Source: the human T2T-CHM13v2.0 reference genome, Homo sapiens. Taken from it: a stretch of DNA of 64,000 bases. A model generated the notes under the pieces. The model ran no database searches. It was not told the DNA's origin and saw nothing but the letters and a program-made list of their open reading frames with translations. Position numbers and translations under genes: made by a program. Shown here one piece after another: positions 28,854 to 42,162 of this stretch. The DNA lies in assembly GCF_009914755.1 (NCBI RefSeq), contig NC_060932.1, one strand, 5' to 3'. Positions within the stretch are counted from its first letter, which is position 1, and each line of letters starts with the position of its first letter.

Positions 28854-31181
28854 AATATCATATAAAATAAATAAAATATAAGTTCTGAATACAGAGTGAA
28901 GGGAGAACATAATGATAAAGGACAGACAACAGAAATGTGGTAGGTTCAATGAAATTTCCTTCATGATCAAGTAATTGTTTTAGGCAGGTTGAAGAGTGAG
29001 AGAATTAGAACTGCCTCTCTAAATTTAGGAGAGCTGAAGTTAGGCACTTATTGGCAATAACAAGTTCTGAGGTGTGACCATGGGCTTGGGTAGTAGTTAG
29101 TTGGAGAGCAAGATCATTGCACGACAGATCAAGAAGCGAAAAGCCAAAGTACTGAAGTAATTGTTGATGGGGATACTGAAATCACTGTGCATTATGGACA
29201 AAAACAGTATGGGAGGAGGAACATCATTGCAGATGCTGAAATCTTCAAGGAATTGAGAATTTGCCTCAAGTATTGAAATAGCTGCAATATTTGCAACAAA
29301 TATATAAATGAGGGGGACCAAGAGGGGTAGTGAGTGAAATAATTTACAACTTCAGAATGTTTCTTAGGGGAGAGGGGGGATCTTCTAGAATTTCTAACAG
29401 GGAAGAAATCACCTGTCCCTTCTGCAGACCAGGGCTATAGGAGAAGTGGAGTCCTCAGGAGTGATCCAGGTGTTTGCTTTTCATTTACAAGTGAAAAGAA
29501 GAATGGAATGGAGTTTGCTGGTTATGTGTTATGTGTGGTACATTACAGGGCACTCAAGGGAAAACTTTGGGGAATAGGCAAGGGTAGGAGATAAATTTAA
29601 TGTGGGGATACTCATCTCTATGTAGATAAAATGATTTAACGAATGAATGAACCAAAAAGGAAGTACAACCAAATCCCTCCTCCAGCTCCTCAAAGAATGA
29701 TCTCTAACTTTTTTTCCACAGAGAGCACTCGCTAACGTGATAGATAAGAGAGTTAGAAGCATCTTTATTCTATCTTCTCTCCAGCCCGGCATCTTGACTC
29801 GGAATTTAACTGTTTCACCTGGGGCCAGGAGAAAGCTTTCTCCCAGTTAATTACCACATGTTAACACTGAAGCTGTATCCTTATTTCACTGCTGAATGCA
29901 ATCATTGCTCCCAGTATTATGGTAATGATAACCCCCTCCCTGGCCTTCTGCCTTTAAGCTTGGATTTAGAATATCAATTGATATGGATAAAATTTAATGT
30001 GGCACAAAATATTACAGAGGAAAAATGACACCATAAAACTCACCTTTCGGTGGTGAGTCATTTTAGTACTGGGCAGTATTTCCTTGGAGACAGATCTTTA
30101 ACAGCCTGCTGCATCCAGGCTATTGTTCTACTGACTGTTGCCTGTAGGTGGATGTGAGCATGTTGTACAAAGGAGATCTTTCACATATGCCCAGAGGAGG
30201 ATGTCTTGAGGATACATATTTAGCAAACATCCATTGAGTACGCATCAGGTCCTGTGCTGAGCTCTGAGGCAGATCTAACGATGAATGAGACAGGATTCCT
30301 TTTCACAGTCTAGCTGTGAAGACAGACTACTTTTAGGGTTGCAATGGTTCCAGCAGTAATAAAAATAAAAATCAGTAGTGCTATCTATTATTCATTGAGC
30401 ACTTACTATATGCAAGGTACTTTGCTAAGTTTCAAATACTGTATTGCAGAATATTATCTTAGCTTTGCAAAATTGGTTTATGATTGATTCCATGGTCCTA
30501 CAGGGACCCAGATACTTACTTTTGGAGGGGAAAACAATGACCATTCACATCTCACTTTTTTACTTAAGGTGGTATGTAATCTAGTTATGGTATAGAATGC
30601 TTTGGGGAGAACCCATATGACAGGTAGATGTAGAAAATAGGACTTGAGGACTCTGCATAAGATGAGCAGTGAAGAAAAAATTCCTACATCCATAGGACAT
30701 ATACATCTGTAGGAAAGTGAAAATAAATTATCTGTGACCTTATAGAGAGAATATGAGATACTATGAGAATCCCTCCATGGCCACAAAGTAGAGGGGATAT
30801 GGTAGAAGGGACATTTGAAGAAGTGGCTTAAAATAATTTGACGAGCTTGCAGTAATTCACTTATTTAATTTGTAACTTGTAGGAAACAAACTGCTTTCTT
30901 TGTGGACTAGGATGGTAGCACTGCCTTAAAACATCTTTAAGAATATGAAGGCTGAGAATAACATGGTGGATTTAGAAAAGCACACAAACATAATCCTTCC
31001 TGTAGAAGAGCTGCTGTTCAGCTTTGATTCTCTTTATCTTAAAATCTCTATCTAAAGGAACTGGCACCCTTGTCCTGTTTCAGTCTTAGCATATTTCCTT
31101 TGCCTTTCTTTATGCTTTATTCATAATATGTGGCAGCTCTTTGTTTCATCTCCTGACTATGGCCTTTTCCATATTATAATT

Positions 31182-31872
31182 TGAGAGATGACCAAAATAG
31201 ACACCCTTTATCCACTAAAACACACCCTAAGGTTAAGAGGACAAAAATGACACCTGTAAGTTCAAGGTTCAGAGTTGCTGGCATGGCAACTTCTTAAGTT
31301 CCTATGGCTATAAGAAAAATCACACTCTTGCTAAACTCTCTCACAGTAGGAACTATTAGACAAATTATCAAACCCCTCCTAGCTGCAATTTGCAACCCAG
31401 ACCACTACAATTATGACTGGAGAGAGGACCAGCCTTACAGACATTATTTTCTGATAAGCAACTGCAGACGTTAAGCCTGCTTCAATCAGTTTATGGAGGC
31501 TGTGCACAAATGGTCCTTTTGTCCTATAGTTCTCCTTTTGATGTAAAGAGCCAAATTTCTCCTCATTTTAATGCTAAAACCCCACCCCAATGTGAACATG
31601 TGATGTATGTTATGTATAAGTTTACCCCTTGTGCATGCGTTGCATCTCCCTCAAAATATGTATAGCTTTCTCCCCAAACCTGTTGCTTATGTATTACTCT
31701 GTAATATGAGGCAGGCTCCATGCGGCATAAAACCCAACCTGTCCTTTCGCTTATTGAAGAGAGAGCACTTTCAGCACCTGATGGAGACTGTCTCTTCCCA
31801 TTTTTGGAAACTGATATCACCAAAAGCTCTCCTTTCTACTCTCTAGCCATCCTAGTGGTCTTTTGCATGACA
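31182..31872 (+). mobile_element. ERV1 (MER4-group) solo LTR
   Basis: GACCAAAATAGACACCCTTTATC...CCCTAAGGTTAAG start, CATAAAACCC TATA-like element, ends ...GGTCTTTTGCATGACA. Confidence 0.7.
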
Positions 31873-32106
31873 ATATTATTGGACCTTTGGCCCAAGTTGT
31901 ATTATCTAATAAGAACCCAGGCTTGGGATGATTTAACTCACATCATAGCTGTTGTCTGTTCTGACCCCCAAATGCCTAAATGATGCAGGTATGATAGACT
32001 ATTATTTGTGATCCCTCAATTGTATCTTCTAGTTGTTAATTTGCGCGAAAATATTTTTTGTTGTAGTATACCTACTTTTTTCTCCACTTTTGCATCGTCT
32101 CTCTTG

Positions 32107-32670
32107 TGTATTAGTTACTGTTGCTGTGTAACATACCCTCACAAAATGCAGTGGTATAAAAGAGCATTTTATTATTCTTATGGATTCAGTGGTTTAGAAA
32201 TTTAGGCATGGGTTTTAGGGAGGATGGGTCTCTGTGTCACCATGCCTGGGTCCTCAGCTGAGGAGACTGAAGACTGTGAGTGAATCAGCAGCCCGGGCTG
32301 GAGATATCTGGAGGTGTTTTCCCTCATGTGATTACAGTTGATTTCACCTGCACTCTAGACCCTCAGCTGAACTGTCAGCTGGAGCATCTATACATGGCCT
32401 ATGCACTTGATGTCCTTATATGTGTAAATTTGGCTTTCCTCACAGTATAGCAGCTGGGCAACAAAAGTAAACGTCCCCAAGAGAACCAAGAGGAGGCTAC
32501 ATCACCTCTGAATACCTAGCCTGTTAATTCATATATATAATATCACTTCCACTATAGTGGTGAGGGTACAGAAAACTTAACTTTTGATGGGAAGAGATTT
32601 GAAATATCACTGGAAGATTAGCACATGGTTTAGGAGAAATTGTTGCCATTATCTTTGGAAAATGCAGTAT
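32107..32670 (-). mobile_element. MaLR MLT1 (F/G-like) LTR
   Basis: TGTATTAGTTACTGTTGCTGTGTAACATACCCTCACAAAATGCAGTGG antisense MLT1 3' end; CCTCAGCTG motifs. Confidence 0.65.
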
Positions 32671-32673
32671 GCC

Positions 32674-32832
32674 TGTATTAATTTCCACTTGCTGCTGTAA
32701 CGAACTACCTCAAACTTAGTTGCTGAAAACAATGCAGATTTGTTACCTTATTCTTCTGGAGTTCAGAAGCCTGAAATAGGTCTCACTGGGGTAAAATTAA
32801 AGTATCATGAAAGCTGTCTTCCTTCTGAAGAC
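32674..32832 (-). mobile_element. MLT1C/D-like LTR 3' fragment
   Basis: TGTATTAATTTCC..GCTGCTGTAACGAACTACCTCAAACTTAG...TTCTGGAGTTCAGAAGCCTGAAAT. Confidence 0.65.
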
Positions 32833-33771
32833 ATTTCATAAAAACTTATGAAATGTCACCTGAGAGCTTCTCATTCAAGGTAGGGTAGAGTAGCTTGCAA
32901 CATAAAAAATGCTCTACCCGAGTACACCCAGAAAATTGGATAGGATTTTAAAAATCCATTTAAAAATATCAGAGGGCTACACAAGCAATGACTAAACTTG
33001 TGAAGAGTATAGACGAAGTTGTAATTAGAAGAAGACTTGTGACTGGAGACATTGGCCAATGCTGCGTGTGGAGGAAGTAAGAAACTGTGTATCTGGGCTT
33101 CCACCAGCACAGGGAGGCTGCCCTAAGACAGAGAGGGGTGTAGAATGTTTGGCAGAAGGTCCAGGCAGGTGTGACAATGTTTAAAGCTCAGAGAGCTAGA
33201 ATATACAAAGAATTTACTCCAACTCTGATTGGAGAGGGGTAGGGGGATCCTAGTAATCCTTTCAGTTGAAAGACCTAAAGTGCTATGCTCCAGGGTTAGG
33301 GAGACTAGAGGTAGACATAGCTTTACAAAACCGCAAATTAAGTTCTACCAATTCAGTCTCTGCTTGGATGAAGGTGTCAGTTACTTCATTCTGTTTGTCC
33401 ATCATAGGAAACTGTGGGTACTCACTGATGATTTTACTAACTCAAAGCTCTCAGGAAAGCCTTCTAATGTAGATATTTTAACTTATTCTTCTAGATTAGG
33501 AACTATAGTATTATTTCTCATAATTTCTGTCCTGACCCTTCTGTATACCAGCTAGAGTGGAGGTGTTAGTAGTGGAGGGAAAGGGAGAAGAACCTATCTC
33601 AATGAAAAATATCTTTTTCTCTAAAGCATATAAATCAGAACAAAACTGATTCATTTGTTCATTTGTGAATTTGTAGACATGTATTTATTATATAAATGTA
33701 TTTCAGGTTCTGTCCTATATCATAAGATCCAGAGATAAATAAGTTGATTGCATGTCCAGGAAATGCTAGTC

Positions 33772-34463
33772 TCAAAACCCTTTGCAAAAATTATGACAGT
33801 GAGAGGAGTTTAACACAGTTGACTCCATCTTGCTTCTAACATTGCAAGCTTTCCTTCCTCATTCCTGGGCACAGGCCAAGCTAACTATAGGAAGAATTTA
33901 GATTATAGTTTAACTTTAAAACAAAGATGATAATACTATTTTCCCAAAATGAATAACCTCTTTGCTCAGGAACTGAAACTGCCTTTGTAAAACTAACACA
34001 TTAGTCACAAGGTTAGAATTAGTGTTCAGGATTAATGTAGTCAAAAGTCACAAGATTTTTAACCTCCCCACTTGCTCTTACAGATAGCACCACTATTGTA
34101 AAACCTAAGGCTGATATTTGAGGTATCTTTTAGACCTTTCATTCTGATAGACCAACTGGTGCCACCAGGACCAATAACCCACCCAGGAAGTGACTCAGCA
34201 CAAGAAGACAGCTTCAGACCCCTATGATTTCATCCCTAACCCAACCAGTCAGCATTCACCTTCCCTATTTCATTGCCCACCAAACTGTCCTTGAAAAATT
34301 GTAGCCTCTGAATTCTTGGGGAGGTAGATTTGAGAATTAACTCTCATCCTTTCACTTGGCTGGCCATGATATTATTAAACTCTTTCTTTGCTGCAACACC
34401 AGCTATTCTCATTGTATTGGCTTTTGGGGTCAGTAGGCAAGAAGAACCAATTGGGCTGCAACA
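33772..34463 (+). mobile_element. LTR8-family (LTR8A-like) solo LTR
   Basis: CCCTTTGCAAAAATTATGACAGTGAG...GACTCCATCTTGCTTCTAAC start; ATTAAA poly(A) signal; ends GAACCAATTGGGCTGCAACA. Confidence 0.85.
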
Positions 34464-35569
34464 GCTTGATAATAAAATACAGTAAGTAAGAAATTAGAAA
34501 TTATTGCATTAAGTACTACCTTGAAAGTGTAGAATAGGCAAAGTCATCTGTTCTGAGGGTTGAAAAATGCATAAGAAGATTAAAAATAGAATTACAGCAT
34601 AGGTACTATTTGAGTTGAATCTGAAAAATGAGTCAGAGTGACTAGATAAGAAGGAAGAAATTCCAAACTGAATGCCTGGCTGTTGTCTAACATCAATACA
34701 GTTGGAGGTATCTTCATAAATTATTGCCAATACTATGCTCTGACCCTACTGTGATGCAGAGAAGTTGAATAGAATTTGAATGGGATTTGGATTTGAAAAC
34801 TCCTAATCAAATCTGTAATCATATGCAGACAAAGTCTACGTCAAAGCACTATTAATATTACTAAGTTTTCTTTTGTTATTAATTTTGCTATTTAAAATCA
34901 ATACATTGCCATTAAATATAATTAAAACTTGAAGAGTTTATTGTGTAAAGTATTTAGAATGTGCATATTTCAAATGTTGATTATTAATAAACTATATCAT
35001 TAATAATACTGTCTTAGCTTCAGTCTGCATTTGGGAGAGGCACATTAATAGTGCACTACTAACTTTATTATAGTATTACTCATTTTTTTCAAGGGTGCAG
35101 TTTTTTCATCTTATTCCCGGTCTATGATCAATTATTGGAGCTACTATGGTGTATATTTCTAGGTACTTCTGTACAAACTGCCCTAACCTCCTAAATCTCA
35201 TCATCCTGCCCCACCTCCCTTGCTTAAGTCTTACATAATCTTAATGCTGAGTTGCAAAGCCACTTCCCTTAACCTCGCCTCTCCCAAGCCAGTCTCTTTC
35301 TAACCATGATTCTAAGTGGATCTATGCCTGAATCCCTTTAATATGGAAAAATTCTGAAGCTTCTTCCAGCATCTGTGTGGTAGGCTTTTGATCCAGGAGA
35401 AAGCATCTCCCTTGGACGTAGTGGTTGATAAATATGATCTGTGCATGTACTCAAATTCAGCTAATCGGAGATATTCCCTGGGCTTTCCAAACTGGAGCTT
35501 GATGAAAGTATCAGCCTTTCTTCCTATAGTCTTGTTCCGTGGCAGTTAGAGAGAATTAAGATGACTCTC

Positions 35570-35600
<31 letters not shown>

Positions 35601-36691
35601 CTCCTGATCTTCAAGACCCTGGATCCAGTTTTCTCTGAAAATACCCTCACTCTGCCCTTTCATGTGACTTACACTTTCTGTGTTTTTGTTTGTTTGTTTT
35701 GTTTTTTGTTTTTGTTTTGCTAAGGCTAATATGAGCTGAAATTCTCTCTCTTGCAATTGTAAAACAATATTGAAAAATATACTCTTCTATATCAATTATT
35801 TATTGTTCTCACCACTGGATGGCAGAATGACTGAAGACAATGTCTTACTTATCTCTGTAACCAAACACTTGACAAGACATCTGACATCTTAGACACTCAA
35901 TATGTGTTGATCATAGGAGAAAATAGAGACCAACCTTGTTTCATAGGGAGATAGTTGCACAAGGAAACATTATGCCCATTATAATGAATCCATGAGACTG
36001 ATAGGTTTTAAATTTAACAAGAGATTAATGTCTTTTTTAAAAAAAAGTTCTCTTTTTTAACTCTTTCACTCTGTCTAGGTATGTAGGACCTTCTGTACAC
36101 ACACACACACACACATACACACGAGATTATTTGTAATGTTTCCTGTATCTGTAGTACTTCTTCTCCCTTGATCCCTCAGGCAAACCTTTCTTCAAGCTCT
36201 GTTCAAATATCAAACACCTTTGTCAAGCATTTCGGAATACAAATCCTATTACACAGCACTAAACATTCATATTACCTGTCAATGCATTCTGTGCTTTTGA
36301 TTATCTCATTCTATAGAAATTATTTTTTTCATATCTACCCATTCTCTTCCTAGGGTTTTAGCTCTTAAAGGGTTGCATATTTTACTGTTTTGCATTCTCA
36401 ATCTCTAAAATAATGACTGACACACAATAAATAATCAATGAGTATTTGAAAGAAAAACACTTTGTAAAGTTTTTGCCCAAGTCCTCTTGTTTTAACTGCA
36501 CAGTGAAACTGAGAGTGGTACATATTATTCTATCAGTTTTACAGATGAGAAATATACATGCAAAAACATGTTTATTGTACATGAAGGCAGCAATTTTGTT
36601 TCTCTGGTTTATTAGTGTATCCCCAATGCCTAGCACAGTGCCTGGTACAAAAGGGTGTGTGTATGTTATATATATACACAGTTGGCCCTTG

Positions 36692-37510
<819 letters not shown>

Positions 37511-37892
37511 CTTGAACAACACAGGTTTGATCCATGCAGGTCCAAGTATAGGATGATTTTCTTCCTCCTCTGCCACCATCTCTTCTTTCTCCATCTCCTC
37601 AGCCTACTTAGTGTGAAGATAAGGATGAAGACCTTAACATTGCTTCACTTTCACATAATGTGTGGTAAATATGTTTTCTCTTCCTTAGGATTTTCTTAAC
37701 AACATTATATTTTCTCTAGCTTATTTTTATTATAAGAAGATAGTATCTAGTACATATAACATATAAATATAACATATTTATATGTATCATATGTATTCTT
37801 ATGTATCTAATCAGCTGCCTTGTTATCTGTAAGGTTTCTGGTCAATGGTAGGCAATTAGTAGTTTAGTTTTTTGGAAAGTCAAAGGTAATAT

Positions 37893-38571
37893 TATCAGAG
37901 GTGCTCAAACCAGAGTGACTCCATTTTGAGTGAGGGCTAGGAAAATGAGTCTGGGACTTGCTGGGCTGCATTCCCAGAAAGTTAAGCATTCTGGGCCTCT
38001 AGATGTTTACAGGTAAGGGAACAAATTAATAATGTTTACTAAACTGACCCAGACGTGGGAGTGTCCAGATATCCCAATATCCAGAAAACAAAGGCATTCC
38101 TAATTTTGCTTTAAAGATAATAATATTGATTCTTGCAAAATATAGTAATTAAGAAAATTAATCCTTTATCACAAACCCTTGTAACAGAGCACATCTCCCC
38201 ATATATACAAGCATTGTTCCTAGGGTGGACGCGTTCCTCCTCTTACTTTCGGGAGCTTCCTTCTCTGTCTGTGGAGTAGCTGTCTTTTCACCACTTTACT
38301 TTCTTAATAAACTTGCTTTGACTTTGCACTGCAGACTCTTCCTGAATTCTTTCTTGCGTGAGATCCAAGAACCCTCTCTTTGTGTCTGGATTGGGATCCC
38401 TTTCCTGTAACATATTTCTGATGACTACAGAAGGGACTATAGTGCAGAAACCTCGACCCAGCAGCTACATTTGGGTAAGTGGTGGGATCCTGTAACATAT
38501 TTCTGGTGAGCACAGAAGGGACTATAGTGAGGAAACCACCAACTTTGGGTAAGTGGTGGGGTCCTGTAACA
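37893..38571 (+). mobile_element. MER41 (C/D-like) LTR with 159-bp 3' extension
   Basis: TATCAGAGGTGCTCAAACCAGAGTGACTCCATTTTGAGTGAGGGCTAGG ... TTTCCTGTAACA (38412), then two units each ending CCTGTAACA; TSD ATAT at 37889-37892 and 38572-38575. Confidence 0.88.
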
Positions 38572-39616
38572 ATATGAGGATTGTCAATTGCACTGGGGGT
38601 TGACACCTCTAACCCTTGCATTGTTCAAGGGTCAACTAGAAGTATATATGCATGTATGTAAGCATGCATGTATAAAATGAGCCTTAGCTACTTTCAGTGG
38701 CAGACCTTCATATAAAGTTATGAAGTTACATTTGCTCGATACCACTACACTATCATGCCATATTTTTCACTGACCAGATTTGAAATTGGAAGCCACTCAA
38801 GACTAGAGGTAGTACCTTCATCCACTCTGCATTGCCCCATGACCTCTGCACACGCCTTTCAGGTGTGTATTTACCATGAGTCAGCAATTGTGTTAGGTGC
38901 TTTTATAGTTTGAGTTTTTAGTAATTATCATGGTAATTCTGTTAAATATTAGATCCTCATTATTCATAGAAAATGATCAAGACTTACAAATCTAAGGCAA
39001 CTTAGCATATTGTAGGCCCTCACTTTTTAAATTTTTAATTAAGTGGAAGTGAAGTGAATTCAATTTTATATTATTACGTAGAAAGTCTCCAACACACTTT
39101 GAACTAAAAATCTCAGAACACACAAATGCACCAAAAAAGGTTCAGAAAGGTCTGTATTCAGTTGAGCAAAGTGTTTGGGAAAATCTAACAAAATGATGAC
39201 TTTCTTAATGAGATTTGGCAATTTCTATCAATAGTTGACCAAAAGGAATTTAAGTAGCTACTTGAATACCAATTACTTACAAATGAAAAACAAGAAGAAA
39301 AAGGCAAGTGTCCAGTTTAACTCACCAGAACAGAGAAAAACATTCACTAATCAAGGCAGAGACTGGAGCTGTAGCCCCAGGTCAAATAGTGCCTTTGGCA
39401 AATTGGCCGTTAATTCGTGGAGACTCTAGGCAGAAACTCAGCATCTGCAACTTGAGTTTTTTTGTTGTTGTTGTTGTTTGCTTTGTATTTTCTGGAGACA
39501 AAGCTTTCCTCTAAAATGCTGAGCCATGTAATGGATTTCTTCAACCTCCTGCTCTCAGGGTCAGGGAACAGACATTTTAGGAAAATGGGCCTCTGCTACA
39601 GAACCATGCATGGAAG

Positions 39617-40572
39617 CAGCACTGGCTCTACAGATGAGCAGGTGGCACGTGTGGTCACACTGGCCCTGTGCTCAACAGGCCCCATAATTGGTTTGTGCTT
39701 TGCTGTAGCTGTATTACAATTTTTATTTTATCTTTGAACTTACGTTTCTTAAATAAAGTCCCATAGGTCCAGGGAGCAAGTGTGTAAACACAGAATTAAG
39801 CTTTACCTTGCAATGCACTTTGATCATGGAATGCCAATGGCTCCAAGACATGAAGGAGTTAACCGGACTCAAAACAAGTACAAGACAAGCATGTGTTCCA
39901 TGTAGGACTATGCAGGTTGCTGATGACACCAAGAAGCCTAGCTTTCTATTCAACCCTGAACTTGCAGAAAGAAGGCGATGGTGTTCTAAGAGCATGAAGT
40001 GACCAGGGAACTTTTTTATTCTTTGTTACTCATGTTCCTTTTCTGTATTAGCCAATCACTGTAGCTGAAGTGATGATGTAGAAGAAAAGGGCAAACTATA
40101 CTTTTCTTTTCAGTTCTGTCTTCCACATTATTAAACCACAAGTACGAGGTGTTGCCAGAAAAGGTGCATATCAAATACAACAAAAACAGTTTATTTTATT
40201 TTGCACAGTGTTTACATTATTCTAGCGAGAATAAAATACATGTGCATGTGTAAGCTATGAAATATAAATTATGTAATTTTAATGATTCCATATATGAGTC
40301 AAATGTTCTTACATTTGGTTTTCAAACTATACTTTCACAATATGTAAAGAGGAGTGTACAATTTTGGCTAATAATTTAAAATTTTATTTTCACAAACTTA
40401 AAATGATATCAAATAGCAAGTAAAAAGCACCATGACAAGTCAAGAGAGACCATGAAAGGAATGAAAAACTTCATATCGTAGTATCTTTTGCAGCACTGTT
40501 TTCCTAATTTTTGAACAAGGAGCTCTGCATTTTCATTTTGTGCTGCACCCTATTATTATGTAGCCAGCACTG
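39617..40572. mobile_element. hAT-Tip100 DNA transposon (MER45B/C-like)
   Basis: Imperfect TIRs CAGCACTGGCT... / ...TGTAGCCAGCACTG; TTTTTGAACAAGGAGCTCTGCATTTTCATTTTG subterminal motif; degenerate 8-bp TSD CATGGAAG/TATAAAAG. Confidence 0.65.
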
Positions 40573-40603
40573 TATAAAAGTAATGTAGATGAGACTCCTT
40601 TTA

Positions 40604-40955
<352 letters not shown>

Positions 40956-41299
40956 AAATACACTGTAGTGAGTTAAGCTAGACCACTTTTATCAGAGAAG
41001 ACAACATGAGAATGAATTTTAACTGGGGAATCATGAATATGTCCTAAAGCAGATGTTCTGTCTTGAGCCTTAAAGCATGGATAGGATTTTAAAATTTGTC
41101 CTGACAAAAGTTATGGTGCTGAGGGGCAGGAGAGCAGTGTAGACTGGTGAGAAAAATGCCCCATGTAAATGAATCTATTGCATTACTCAAAGCATGGTTA
41201 GGAAAACAAGGAAGAAAAGAGACATTTGTAGGAAACCACAATAGCAAATACAATCTTTATTCTTAGATAAATCATCTGCGAACAGCAATGAAGTCTCCC

Positions 41300-41895
41300 C
41301 TTTGTTCTCTACGCTTTCTAACTGGTATTGCTGATGTAAAGGAGAGTCATGGTGCTTGTTTGTTGATAGTACCTAACTCCTCTGGAGCTCTGCCTCTGAC
41401 TGCTTGACCCTACTTCTGATTCCACCTGCACTGAGGGGATGGTCCCTTGTAGGAACGGCCTCACTTCATGTTGCCTACTTCAGGCTTCATCCATCTTAAG
41501 CATTTTCACTTCTTGCTAGGGAATCTTCCAGTGTCACAGTGCCAACGGGAACTTGGACAGCCTGGATTCGTGCCTGGCTTGTAAGTGTGTGGACATGACA
41601 TCATCAGAAGCAGCTCTCAGCCAATGAGGAATGGGGATTGATAATGAATGCTCCCAACACCTGTGCTCGTGGTGTACTCTTTTGGTATCAAGTCTATACA
41701 ATCCTCCCGAGGTTGTGTGGAATAGAGCCCCCACCAAACTCAGCAGCAGCCTACCTGATGCTCTGTATTGAGTTTCCTTCCTTCTCTGTCTTGTTCTTCA
41801 AGGGCTATTTTTCTTGTTTCTTAGGATCAATCTCTAATTAAACTACCAAAATACTAGTTCTTTTTGGTGTCTGCTTTTGAAGAAATCCAAATTTT
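41300..41895 (+). mobile_element. Possible old ERVL LTR (LTR16-like)
   Basis: GCAGCTCTCAGCCAATG..., GGATCAATCTCTAATTAAACTAC...GTCTGCTTTTGAAGAAATCCAAA resemble LTR16 3' motifs; heavily diverged. Confidence 0.45.
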
Positions 41896-41939
41896 GAACA
41901 CTTTTTATGTATTGTCCTTCTTGAATTAATCCTCTAAGA

Positions 41940-42162
41940 CAGTGGTGTTCAATATTTTGGCTTCTCTGAGTCACACTGGAAGAAGAATTGTCTTGGACCA
42001 CACATAAAATAGACTTAACACTAATGATAGCTGATGAGCTATTTTTAAAAATCACAAATAAATCTCATAACGTTTTAAAAAAGTTTATGAATTTGTGTTG
42101 GGGGGCATTCAAAGCAGTCCTAGGCCACATATGACCCACAGGCCACCCGCTGAACAAGCTTA
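41940..42162 (+). mobile_element. MER30 hAT-Charlie DNA transposon
   Basis: CAGTGGTGTTCAATATTTTGGCTTCTCTGAGTCACACTGGAAGAAGAATTGTCTTGG...TGAACAAGCTT; TSD-like CTCTAAGA/TTTTAAGA. Confidence 0.85.

Noticed and set aside
38405-38571. CRISPR-like repeat-spacer pattern or tRNA gene
   Set aside because: Eukaryotic LTR context; the whole units are homologous, without unique spacers; only the PBS-length segment resembles a tRNA end
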